A DNA stretch of 52,193 nt from a virus (Duplodnaviria; Caudoviricetes). The stretch lies in the IMG/VR virus record IMGVR_UViG_3300027863_000004, positions 1-52,193 of that record; one strand, given 5' to 3'. Every line of letters starts with the position of its first letter. Positions within the stretch are counted from its first letter, which is position 1. A program made the translations under genes and the position numbers. The notes under the pieces are model-generated. The model did no database searches. It was not told where the DNA came from and worked only from the letters and a program-made list of their open reading frames with translations. Shown here one piece after another: positions 43,959 to 52,193 of the stretch.

Positions 43959-45803
43959 GTGCCACAAGAATGGCTTGACAAGAGTATGCCCGAGGTTGAA
44001 TTTGACGAAGGGCGCATATTGCCTGAAAGCTTCTATGTGAAGTTTGTTCAAGACTTACAGAGATGCTCCAAGAACTACCGTATGAACTGGGAGAATAGAG
44101 CAAAAGAGGCGTGGCGTGTTTACAGGCAGGAGTATGACTTTAGTGCAAAGCGCCCTTGGCAGGCAAAGACATACATTCCTAAGCTCACAAAGGCTGTTGA
44201 AGTTGCAGCAGCCATTTTGAAAGTCCTCACGGTGCAATCGCGAGCCTTCTTTAGCGTAGACCCAATAAGGAACACTCCAGTAGACCTTGACATTGCAAAA
44301 TCTATTGAGCGTGTGTTGTGGCATGTGCTTGAAGAAAATAGGTTTGTTGAGAGCTTCTATGAGGCGCTCATTGTTGGCTTAGTCACAGGCATGCTCGCCT
44401 ATAAGGTGTATTGGCATACAGAGCAGAATATTGAATGGCAGTTGTCGGCGCTTGGGTTGATGCCGAGTGTGAAAAATGTTGCAGGTGTAAGAATTGACTT
44501 AGTAGACCCGCTTGACCTTTACCTTGACTGGACTGGCAAAGATACATTTGCCATCCACGAGTTCTATCTTGAAGTTTCAACGGTGAAGGCGCTCGCAGAG
44601 ACTGGCTATTTTGACCCAGACAAAGTGAAGGAGCTAAAAGGTTCAGGGCTTGAAGATTGGGCAAAGACAAAGGGCACATTCATTCCAACATCGCCATATA
44701 AGAAGCATGTGAAGATTTGGGAATTTTGGGGCACGGTGACGGATGAAGATGGCAATATCATCCATCCAAACGCATATATGGTGATTGCAGACGAGGACAA
44801 GCTTCTAAGAGGACCGATACCAAACCCCTATGCGCCATTCAAACATCCATTCATTATTGCAGCTCCATTTTATAGACCATTCCTTGTCTACCACAAAGGG
44901 TTGGTGCATGATGCGATAGAGCTACAGCGTGCCTTGAATGAGTTCATGAACTTTATGATTGATGCATCACGCTACCATGCACTGCCAATCTTTGTTGTGC
45001 AACTTGATATGCTTGCAAGACCTGAAGATATCTTAGAAGGCATCATGCCAGGTAAGACTGTGCTTCTAAGTGGTGCAATACCACCGAATGCATCTCCAGT
45101 CACTGCAATCAATGTTGGTGGCATCACACAAGAGATTGTGAACATCTATGCAATCCTTGAGCGTGAGATACAGAATGCGACTGGAATTACAGAGCTTTTG
45201 ATGGGCACACAAAGTGCGCGCGGGCGTCCCACTGCAACTGAGATTGTGACTGGTAGAGAGCAAGCTACAGCGCTTGTTGAAGTTATTGGACGAAACATTG
45301 AAGACCAATTACTTGAGCCACTACTTCAACGCATTTGGGTTATCCTCACACGCTTTAGAGACCAAGTCACAGATGAAGAGTTGAAAGAACTGCTTGACAA
45401 GATTGAAGAGTATGCACAAGAGCTTGAAGACCCAAGTGAGGTATGGACGCGCCCTTACAAGTTTAGAGCGCGTGGTATAACGACGATAATGCAACGCGCC
45501 GCACAGATTAACAAGCTTGCGAGTTTCTTACAACTCATACAGGCGTTCCCAGATGCAACACTTGCCATTAAGTGGTATAATCTACTTGTGGAAATGATTA
45601 AGTCGCTTCAGTGGCAACCTGATGAAGTGCTCATACCTGAAGAAGAATTTGAAGCAAAGAGACAGCAAATGATGATGATGCAACAGATGATGGCAATGTT
45701 GCAACAGGCAAGCAAGGGTAAAAAGAGAGGCAGTAAAAGGGCACAAGAGCGCCCTGGCACAATGACAGAAGCCATCGGTGGCGAAATGCCACGCACCGAG
45801 TAA
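43959..45803 (+). CDS. Portal protein (podovirus type)
   Basis: 614 aa directly after terL; DPLDLYLD, KIWEFWG, LQRALNE and TATEI motifs. Confidence 0.88.
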   Translation: MPQEWLDKSMPEVEFDEGRILPESFYVKFVQDLQRCSKNYRMNWENRAKEAWRVYRQEYDFSAKRPWQAKTYIPKLTKAVEVAAAILKVLTVQSRAFFSVDPIRNTPVDLDIAKSIERVLWHVLEENRFVESFYEALIVGLVTGMLAYKVYWHTEQNIEWQLSALGLMPSVKNVAGVRIDLVDPLDLYLDWTGKDTFAIHEFYLEVSTVKALAETGYFDPDKVKELKGSGLEDWAKTKGTFIPTSPYKKHVKIWEFWGTVTDEDGNIIHPNAYMVIADEDKLLRGPIPNPYAPFKHPFIIAAPFYRPFLVYHKGLVHDAIELQRALNEFMNFMIDASRYHALPIFVVQLDMLARPEDILEGIMPGKTVLLSGAIPPNASPVTAINVGGITQEIVNIYAILEREIQNATGITELLMGTQSARGRPTATEIVTGREQATALVEVIGRNIEDQLLEPLLQRIWVILTRFRDQVTDEELKELLDKIEEYAQELEDPSEVWTRPYKFRARGITTIMQRAAQINKLASFLQLIQAFPDATLAIKWYNLLVEMIKSLQWQPDEVLIPEEEFEAKRQQMMMMQQMMAMLQQASKGKKRGSKRAQERPGTMTEAIGGEMPRTE

Positions 45804-45828
45804 TAATGTATTCAGGAGGTGATATTGC

Positions 45829-46050
45829 ATGCCTAAGCAGGAAGTCATTGAAGAGAACCCATTGGAAGGTGTAAAGCGCATTGGCTACAATGTCACTGTG
45901 AATGTGCTCCCACCAATTGATGATGTGGAAGAGAAGAGGGCGCGCGTTAAAGAGAACACCGCATTCAATGAGCCACTGCGCCCTGCATCACCATGGCTAA
46001 AGAGGCATCGTGCACGCATAAAAGCCAAACGCGCAAAGGAAGGTGATTAG
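45829..46050 (+). CDS. Small protein with basic C-terminus
   Basis: SD GGAGGTG. Confidence 0.65.
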   Translation: MPKQEVIEENPLEGVKRIGYNVTVNVLPPIDDVEEKRARVKENTAFNEPLRPASPWLKRHRARIKAKRAKEGD

Positions 46051-46051
46051 G

Positions 46052-46306
46052 ATGCCTCGCAAGACGAAAAGGCGCAAAGGTAGTGCAAAAAGAAAAGCTA
46101 CACTGGCGTCAAAGGAAATCCAAAAGCTCCTTCGTGAATACAAAAGAACTGGTAAAATGACAACTTCGCGTGCGACATATCGCCCTCGCAATTTGGAGCA
46201 CGCGCGCAAAATCGCGGCTGCCATTGCATATGGCAAACATGGTTTAGGTAAAGCAGGTGCAAGGAAGCGTGCAAAGAAGGCGTCTAAAAAGCGTAAGAAG
46301 AGGTGA
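46052..46306 (+). CDS. Lys/Arg-rich small protein (resembles DUF6496-type phage basic proteins)
   Basis: REYKRTGK...KIAAAIAY core with basic tails. Confidence 0.7.
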   Translation: MPRKTKRRKGSAKRKATLASKEIQKLLREYKRTGKMTTSRATYRPRNLEHARKIAAAIAYGKHGLGKAGARKRAKKASKKRKKR

Positions 46307-46312
46307 ACTATA

Positions 46313-46621
46313 ATGCCACGACGAAGACAAGCACAAGTGCCACCAACGCCACCAATGCCACCTATGGGCATACCTGGTGGTTTGCCGTTAGACATACTTG
46401 GTGGCATCATGCCTACGGGCATGTTTCCACCAGCAATGCCTGAAGAAGCAGGAGAGCCAGCGCGCAGGCGTAGCAGGGCTACGAAGCGCGCAAGGACAAC
46501 AAAAAGAAATGCAGCAACAAGGACAAGGCGTAGGCGAGCTACAAAAGAAAGGAAGAGAAGAAGGGCTACTACAAGAAGAACCCAAAGAAGAACAACAAGG
46601 AGAAGGACAAGAAGGCGGTGA
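46313..46621 (+). CDS. Protamine-like protein with Pro/Met/Gly-rich N-terminal half
   Basis: The last 52 aa contain 26 Arg and 4 Lys interspersed with Thr/Ala; SD GAGGTG. Confidence 0.7.
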   Translation: MPRRRQAQVPPTPPMPPMGIPGGLPLDILGGIMPTGMFPPAMPEEAGEPARRRSRATKRARTTKRNAATRTRRRRATKERKRRRATTRRTQRRTTRRRTRRR

Positions 46622-46627
46622 TAAATC

Positions 46628-46861
46628 GTGCCAGCGCTCACATCTAAATTGCTTGCTCGTGGCTTAGCAGTGCCAAAGTTGGCGCGTGCACGCAAGCCAA
46701 GAAAGCCAAGGAAGCCACGCCTAAAAAAGATACGCATGCCAAAGCTAAAGTCATCAATTAGAGGTGTGCGCTTATCCACCAAAAAGAGAGGGCGCACCAA
46801 GCTACCTAAACTAAAGGGGCTTAGACGGGCAACGCGTATAACCGCGCGTATAACATCCTAA
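46628..46861 (+). CDS. Lys/Arg/Pro-rich histone-H1-tail-like protein
   Basis: RKPRKPRKPR repeats and no acidic residues in 77 aa. Confidence 0.65.
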   Translation: MPALTSKLLARGLAVPKLARARKPRKPRKPRLKKIRMPKLKSSIRGVRLSTKKRGRTKLPKLKGLRRATRITARITS

Positions 46862-46876
46862 TAGGGGGTGATTGTA

Positions 46877-47644
46877 ATGCGTTACAAAGTCGCGTTATCT
46901 TTCGTTGTAGGGATGGTGATTGGTATGGTTGTAGCATATGCAAACACGCTTGATGAGCTTGTAAAGTGCACATGGTCACTTGAGAGCACATCAGCGCGTG
47001 GCACTGGCACATTGTTTAAGTCACCTAAGGATGGCAAGTGGTATTTCCTGACTGCAGGGCATTGTGTTGAAGACTTGCGTTCCGAGCAAAAGGAAGTCGG
47101 TCCTGAAGGCAAGGAGATTATAAAGGAGAAGTGGGAAGACGCATACATTGTTCAAAAAGTGACCGCGCTTGTTGATGACATTGAAACTGAAGTTGGCACA
47201 ATAAGGCTTCGTGCTAAAGTTGTTGCCTATAGCAAGTTTGAAGACGAAGACCTTGCGTTGCTTGAAGTGTATGCTATGCCATTTGAAGCAGTTAGTGCGC
47301 AGTTTGCACCACCAGATTTGCAACTCCAGCTTGGAGAGCAAGTCTGGCATGTGGGCAACTTGCGTGGTGAATTGACCGCGTCATTAACTGCAGGTCATAT
47401 CAGTGCAGTTGGGCGCATTTACAAGTCAAAGCCATTCATTCAAACAACAACTGTTGCAGTGCCTGGGTCGTCTGGTGGTGGAATTTATGTTCAGCGCGAT
47501 GGTAAATTCTACTATGTGGGCATGATAACGCTTGGTGATGCACAGGCAAGTAACATCAACTTTGCAATTCCGTTCCAGCGCATAAGGAAATGGTTGCACA
47601 AAGTCGGGTATGCACATGTGATAGGTGATAAGGATGAGCAATAA
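46877..47644 (+). CDS. Trypsin-like (S1) serine protease with predicted Sec signal peptide
   Basis: TAGHC, DLALL and PGSSGGG catalytic triad motifs; N-terminus MRYKVALSFVVGMVIGMVVAYA|N. Confidence 0.9.
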   Translation: MRYKVALSFVVGMVIGMVVAYANTLDELVKCTWSLESTSARGTGTLFKSPKDGKWYFLTAGHCVEDLRSEQKEVGPEGKEIIKEKWEDAYIVQKVTALVDDIETEVGTIRLRAKVVAYSKFEDEDLALLEVYAMPFEAVSAQFAPPDLQLQLGEQVWHVGNLRGELTASLTAGHISAVGRIYKSKPFIQTTTVAVPGSSGGGIYVQRDGKFYYVGMITLGDAQASNINFAIPFQRIRKWLHKVGYAHVIGDKDEQ

Positions 47645-47855
47645 CCTAATTGAAGCGCTGTTTGATGAGCAAAAGTATCAATTTCTAAAGGAGACACTGC
47701 CATCGTGGCTATTTGACCATTTCAAGAGAGTTGCGTTACAATATATTCATGACTGGCTTTCTGGCAAGCGTGATGAAAAAGAAGTGCGCATTGCACTTGA
47801 AACACTTGTGTCGTATCATCAAACATTGGCGCTAATTCTTAAATCGGAGGTGTAA
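47634..47855 (+). CDS. Hypothetical protein
   Basis: Small ORF upstream of the scaffold gene. Confidence 0.6.
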   Translation: MSNNLIEALFDEQKYQFLKETLPSWLFDHFKRVALQYIHDWLSGKRDEKEVRIALETLVSYHQTLALILKSEV

Positions 47856-47858
47856 AGC

Positions 47859-48638
47859 ATGGCTTGGTATGACGAAGAAGAGCGTGAAGAAGAACAACAA
47901 GAACAACAAAATGAGGTGACTGAGAAGTTGGAACAGATACAGCAACAGTTGAATGAATGGCAAAGACAGCTATTGCAAAGTGTGCAACAACAGCCACAGC
48001 AACAGCCACAGGTGCAACAACCATATTATCAATTTCAATCAACGCCACCTGTGGCACAACAGCCACAACAAGGCATTGATGAAAGTGTGTATGAGCAGTT
48101 GAGTGAGCTCCTTCATGAAAATCCGAAGGAGTTTGTGAAGGCATACACACAAGTGGTTCAAAATCAACTACAACAGACTTTGGGTATGGTATATAGAACA
48201 GTGGCAGAGTTAAATGCATGGCGACAGCAGTTGCAGTTGCAACAGCTTGCACAACAGTTTTATGCTACCTATCCAGACCTTGTTGGCTTTGAGACGATTG
48301 TGCAAGCTGCTGCACAAAAAGTGTATCCACAGAAGACATGGACGAATGCACAAGAATACTTCCAAGCCGTCGCCGAAGAGGCACGGCGCATGATTAAGGA
48401 GATTGCAGAAAAAGCAGGTGGTAGGGTTGAGGCTCGTAGTAGGCTTCAACCTGCAGGCTTGCCTGCTCAATCTGGAATAACATCATCAGCTGTGACACAG
48501 CCATCAACGCCTTCACCAGAATTTGTGGAGGCGATGATGGAGAACCTTAACAAACAGTTTGTAGACGAACTTGAAAAAATAGTCAGGCAAAAGAGGAGTT
48601 CACCTCCGCCTCCAGTGACGCCATCGCGTCGGCGCTGA
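47859..48638 (+). CDS. Putative capsid scaffolding protein
   Basis: Acidic/Gln-rich helical protein immediately before the MCP. Confidence 0.7.
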   Translation: MAWYDEEEREEEQQEQQNEVTEKLEQIQQQLNEWQRQLLQSVQQQPQQQPQVQQPYYQFQSTPPVAQQPQQGIDESVYEQLSELLHENPKEFVKAYTQVVQNQLQQTLGMVYRTVAELNAWRQQLQLQQLAQQFYATYPDLVGFETIVQAAAQKVYPQKTWTNAQEYFQAVAEEARRMIKEIAEKAGGRVEARSRLQPAGLPAQSGITSSAVTQPSTPSPEFVEAMMENLNKQFVDELEKIVRQKRSSPPPPVTPSRRR

Positions 48639-48722
48639 TGGCACACTGGTAGCACATCGTTGTGTGACACTGGCGAGGTGAGTGCTCCAAGAAATTCCTG
48701 CATTACGCAGGGGTGATAGAGC

Positions 48723-49682
48723 ATGCCAGCGCAAGTTTACGGTGTGCCAAGACTTGGTGGAGTGCTCGCCTTGCCATCGCTAACTGCTGAAGTTCGCAAG
48801 GCAGCACTACCACGATTTGTCTTTCGTCAATTTGTCCGCCCAGTTCAGGGCTATGGCAAAAACAAGGGCGATGAAATTCGTTTCCCACGCCGTAGCGGTC
48901 TGGCTGGGTCAGGGCGCAGGCTGGCTGAGACCGAGCTCATCCCAGTCACAGGGTTCACGATTGATTACGGAACCTTGCTTGTGGATGAGTATGGCAATGC
49001 AGCAGCCTGCACACTCAGGTTGACAACCTTAGCCGAGATTGACATCCAGCCACATATCGTTGATGCTTTGCGCGACGACATTGTGGCTACGATGGACAAG
49101 GAGATTGCTGCAGTTGCCAAGAAGACGAAGATAAAGTATGTTCCTACATCCTCAACAGGTGGCGTGTTCCTTACCAATGGTGAATTCAAGGACAGCCAAG
49201 GCAACCCCGTCGTAGCTACAAGTAACTTGACAACGGCACATGTCAAGGACATTGTTGATTACCTGCAAGGTTACTTGCATGTGCCAGGCTATGACGGTGA
49301 GAACTATGTCTGTATCCTGACGACCAAAGCACGCCGAGGCATCATTGATGACAGCAACTTTGTGCAAGCTGCCCACTACGGCGACCCAGAGCGTCTATTC
49401 AGGTATGAGATTGGCTTGCTTTACAACACAAGGTTTGTGCACTGCAACAACCCAGACGCTCTGAACAATGCCGTTGGGCAGAATGGCGTGCTTGGTGAGG
49501 CTCTGTTCCTTGCCGACGACCCACTTGTTGAAGGCGTTGCTCTGCCTGAGGAAATCAGGTCAGAGACGCGCGACTTGGGTCGTCAGACAGTCATTGGCTG
49601 GATTTACATGGGTGGTTGGGCGCTCACTTGGGATAGCAACAAGCCTGGTGAGTGCCGTGTAATCCATGTTGGCTCTGCATAA
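48723..49682 (+). CDS. Major capsid protein (HK97 fold, N4-gp56-like)
   Basis: GKNKGDEIRFPR, EYGN, YEIGLLYNTRFV and DLGRQTVIGW motifs; follows the scaffold gene. Confidence 0.85.
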   Translation: MPAQVYGVPRLGGVLALPSLTAEVRKAALPRFVFRQFVRPVQGYGKNKGDEIRFPRRSGLAGSGRRLAETELIPVTGFTIDYGTLLVDEYGNAAACTLRLTTLAEIDIQPHIVDALRDDIVATMDKEIAAVAKKTKIKYVPTSSTGGVFLTNGEFKDSQGNPVVATSNLTTAHVKDIVDYLQGYLHVPGYDGENYVCILTTKARRGIIDDSNFVQAAHYGDPERLFRYEIGLLYNTRFVHCNNPDALNNAVGQNGVLGEALFLADDPLVEGVALPEEIRSETRDLGRQTVIGWIYMGGWALTWDSNKPGECRVIHVGSA

Positions 49683-49702
49683 TCAGCAGGGGGTGATAAG
49701 TA

Positions 49703-50077
49703 ATGCCATACAGCGAACAACACAAGGTGCATAAGGTTATCTTTTTCAATGTGGATACGACAAGCACGGCAAAAGTCGTTGATGCCGTGATGCCAGCGCC
49801 CATCGTCTTGAAAGGTATACAGTCTGTGGCTGCTACTGCGGGCACTGCGAATGCCAGTATTGTCATACAGGTTGACGGGACTACAGTTGCCACTGTCAAT
49901 GTCCCTGCCAATGGCGTTTTTGCAACCAACCTTAATGTCGTTGTAAAGGCAGGGCAGAAACTTACAATCCAAGGCAGTGGCACAACTGGCGGTCCTACCG
50001 TCACCTGTTGGCTCTGGTGGCGTGACCACTTTGACCCAGAGCAGCTCACAGGCGATTACGGGTGGGTTGGCTGGTAG
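49703..50077 (+). CDS. Putative capsid decoration/minor capsid protein
   Basis: Beta-rich 124-aa ORF co-transcribed with the MCP, before the terminator. Confidence 0.5.
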   Translation: MPYSEQHKVHKVIFFNVDTTSTAKVVDAVMPAPIVLKGIQSVAATAGTANASIVIQVDGTTVATVNVPANGVFATNLNVVVKAGQKLTIQGSGTTGGPTVTCWLWWRDHFDPEQLTGDYGWVGW

Positions 50078-50102
50078 TAACCAACTGCTAATGCTTGAAG
50101 AT

Positions 50103-50148
50103 AGAGTGCCAGCCTGACGCCATAAGTGGCGTGGCTGGCACTCTTTGT
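50103..50148 (+). terminator. Terminator after the capsid genes
   Basis: agagtgccagcc..acgcca-taag-tggcgt-ggctggcactct followed by tt. Confidence 0.7.
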
Positions 50149-50167
50149 ATATGTGAGGTGGTAAATC

Positions 50168-50386
50168 ATGCCACTACAATGGAAAGAACCACACGAGATT
50201 ATCACGACACGCCCATTTGGCAGGATTTACCACCAACGGGGCAAATTTTTCTATCCAGATGGCAGTGAGATTTATGATGTAGAGCTCATCATCAAGATGC
50301 TCCAAGAGCATTCGCATTGGCGTAAGAAGGCTGAAGAGCTTGCAAAGAAGCACAAACTCACGCATATCCTAAAAGCGAGGTGGTAA
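50168..50386 (+). CDS. Hypothetical protein
   Basis: SD GAGGTGG; YHQRGKFFYPDGSEI resembles YYQDGKVYAENGEEI in the next gene. Confidence 0.65.
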   Translation: MPLQWKEPHEIITTRPFGRIYHQRGKFFYPDGSEIYDVELIIKMLQEHSHWRKKAEELAKKHKLTHILKARW

Positions 50387-50388
50387 AA

Positions 50389-50769
50389 ATGGCGCTTGAT
50401 ACAACTAAGCCTTATATGATGTTCAAGAGCGTGGACACACCAATGTTGTATTACCAAGATGGTAAAGTGTATGCTGAGAATGGTGAGGAGATACCTAAGG
50501 AAAAGGTTGTAGAAATCATTTCGCCAATAGATGCACCATTGCTTTACAAGCTACTTGACCTAATCAGTGATGAAGATTATAAGCTAATTTGCACTCTCAA
50601 TGCACAAGAGAGCATGCAAGCATTCGGTGTGGTTATCACGCCAGAGGAACTGGAAGAAACTGTCCTCTCGTTAATTGAAGAAGAGGGCATACATCAAGAA
50701 ATTGTAAAGAAGGCAATTGAGCTATTGCGCAAACAGAAAGAAGGCAAGAAAAGGAGGGTTAAAGCATGA
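50389..50769 (+). CDS. Hypothetical protein
   Basis: SD GAGGTGG. Confidence 0.65.
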   Translation: MALDTTKPYMMFKSVDTPMLYYQDGKVYAENGEEIPKEKVVEIISPIDAPLLYKLLDLISDEDYKLICTLNAQESMQAFGVVITPEELEETVLSLIEEEGIHQEIVKKAIELLRKQKEGKKRRVKA

Positions 50770-51458
50770 CAATTGGCGAATGTTTAGAGCAAGTCAAGCG
50801 CAACATAAGCTTTGAAGCACCACAAGTTGAAGACAGTTTACTTTTTACAGCCAATGCAGTTATGAGGCGCATTGAGCGCATGTTTGATTGGAGCTTTGAA
50901 TACACCGTTGAAGCAACAAAGACACAAGATGCTCAAGGCAACCCAACTAAGATTTTGCCATTACCCACAGGTTGCAAGCGCTTGCTCTACATCACCTATC
51001 CAATTGAAGACCCACAGTCGCCCATCATCATTGCAAGCTATGTGAGTGATGAGTTTTATCTTTCACGGACATCGCCATCGTTTCAAAAAGAACAAGGACG
51101 ACCCCGAGGCTTCCTTTTGAGAGCAGACCATATTGAGCTTGTGCCAACGCCTGACAAGGTTTATGACATCTTCTTGCACTACTACAAGTGGCTTCCTGAG
51201 TTTACATCGCTTCAAGATACAAACGCACTCATCCAGAATTATCCAGATATGGTTGTTGAATTCATCACAGCTCAGGTGCTCTTTCAACTTGGTGAAACAC
51301 AAGAGGCAATGGTATGGGAACAAAAAGCAACGCTCAAGCTAAATGAAGCAATCAGGCATGATAAGATGCTTAGAGTGTCACAGCCTGCATACATTGAGCC
51401 ATTGCCACCACAACCATCATTAAGTGCACTTGAGCGCTGGAAAGTCACCTTTGAATAA
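50766..51458 (+). CDS. Head-tail adaptor (tail tubular protein A-like)
   Basis: GRPRGF...IELVPTPDKVY...YY pattern and position before the nozzle gene. Confidence 0.7.
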   Translation: MTIGECLEQVKRNISFEAPQVEDSLLFTANAVMRRIERMFDWSFEYTVEATKTQDAQGNPTKILPLPTGCKRLLYITYPIEDPQSPIIIASYVSDEFYLSRTSPSFQKEQGRPRGFLLRADHIELVPTPDKVYDIFLHYYKWLPEFTSLQDTNALIQNYPDMVVEFITAQVLFQLGETQEAMVWEQKATLKLNEAIRHDKMLRVSQPAYIEPLPPQPSLSALERWKVTFE

Positions 51459-51470
51459 GGTGGGGATAAA

Positions 51471-52193
51471 ATGAGATGGCAAATAGAAGCACATCAACTA
51501 ACATATGGCATGGATTACAACCTACCTAATCTTGGTGTGCCACCATCAAACCCTATAGACCTTGTTAACCTTGTCCCTATGCCTCACTTGAAGTCACAAT
51601 GGGGATGGGTTAAGGTTGGTGACCTACACAAGCCCACTGTAGACTTAGGCAATCCACAAGAGCAACCAGCTTACTTGCTCAATGTCATTGGCAATGTGAT
51701 TTGCTACATACCACGAGCATATGATAACAATGAAAAGTCTCACATTGGAAAGGAAGCAATCGCGTTCATGGTAGTGCCATTGCCTTCAAGGTTTGGTGAT
51801 GGCATTACATACGACCCAAACACGGGGCAATACATTGGTGCATACCATAGCAAGTTCAACCTTTACAACTACTTCATTTCCGATACAGAAGTGACACAGA
51901 GATTAGTAGCTAATAGCGCTGAGGGGTATTTTGAAGCATCTTGGGTGTATGTCATGGGTTACAGAGTTTATTCCTTCCCACCAATGTGCCCAACACCATC
52001 AGCGCGTGTCATCTATCCAACAATTCAATTTGTGTCATCAGCAACTGTGCTTGATAGCACTTCAGGAACTCCGATGGAATGGTATGACTTTTCTGGTATA
52101 TTCGGCGGGTGGGTTGATGGTAAAGGTTATCATTTAGCACACGAGGCTTCATATACTGGTCAACCACCTTTTTACTTTCCTTACAGGTCTTCC
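51471..52193 (+). CDS. N-terminal part of putative tail nozzle protein (continues across the junction to 1192)
   Basis: ATG 51471 after SD AGGTGGGG; no stop to the window end; in frame with MEWYDFSG at 52074, which corresponds to position 8. Confidence 0.8.
   Translation, partial: MRWQIEAHQLTYGMDYNLPNLGVPPSNPIDLVNLVPMPHLKSQWGWVKVGDLHKPTVDLGNPQEQPAYLLNVIGNVICYIPRAYDNNEKSHIGKEAIAFMVVPLPSRFGDGITYDPNTGQYIGAYHSKFNLYNYFISDTEVTQRLVANSAEGYFEASWVYVMGYRVYSFPPMCPTPSARVIYPTIQFVSSATVLDSTSGTPMEWYDFSGIFGGWVDGKGYHLAHEASYTGQPPFYFPYRSS
52067..52193. repeat. Terminal direct repeat, copy 2
   Basis: Identical to 1-127. Confidence 0.95.

Noticed and set aside
45997-46800. 267-aa hydrophobic minus-strand ORF
   Set aside because: It is the antisense shadow of the Arg/Lys-rich genes (AGA/AAG read as Leu/Phe/Ser), lies against operon direction, and the plus-strand ORFs have SDs.
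46877-47644. Conventional prohead maturation protease
   Set aside because: It has an S1 fold with an apparent signal peptide rather than an HK97/S49/S78-type protease; its role is left open.

Overview
The window is an apparently complete, circularly assembled tailed-phage genome of about 52,066 bp. Bases 1-127 are identical to 52067-52193, and one gene (51471 through the junction to 1192) reads straight across the join. The layout is podovirus-like. A rightward late/structural block holds terL, portal, a cluster of extremely basic small proteins, a trypsin-like protease with a signal peptide, scaffold, N4-gp56-type major capsid, adaptor, nozzle, Gln/Pro-rich ejection-type proteins, a tail fibre, a 4694-aa giant protein, a PurD-like ATP-grasp enzyme, an amidase endolysin and a metallophosphoesterase. 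A middle block holds an Hjc-like resolvase, an HTH/Zn replication-initiator-like gene, a Dam-family methyltransferase, a Sak4/AAA_24 ATPase and many Zn-ribbon miniproteins. An early-like region (32.8-39.7 kb) is built from repeated cassettes of CATAG-type microrepeats, a long hairpin, a T-tract, a conserved promoter-like motif and an SD, and includes a MoxR AAA+/vWA pair. A short leftward operon holds a terS-like gene, holin-like genes and an S26 signal peptidase. The amidase and strong GGAGGTG SD sites point to a bacterial host; thermophily is only an inference from charge-rich proteins and the Hjc/Zn-ribbon content. No integrase, repressor, DNA polymerase, tRNA or CRISPR array was recognised. 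All calls come from motif recognition by eye, with no database searches.
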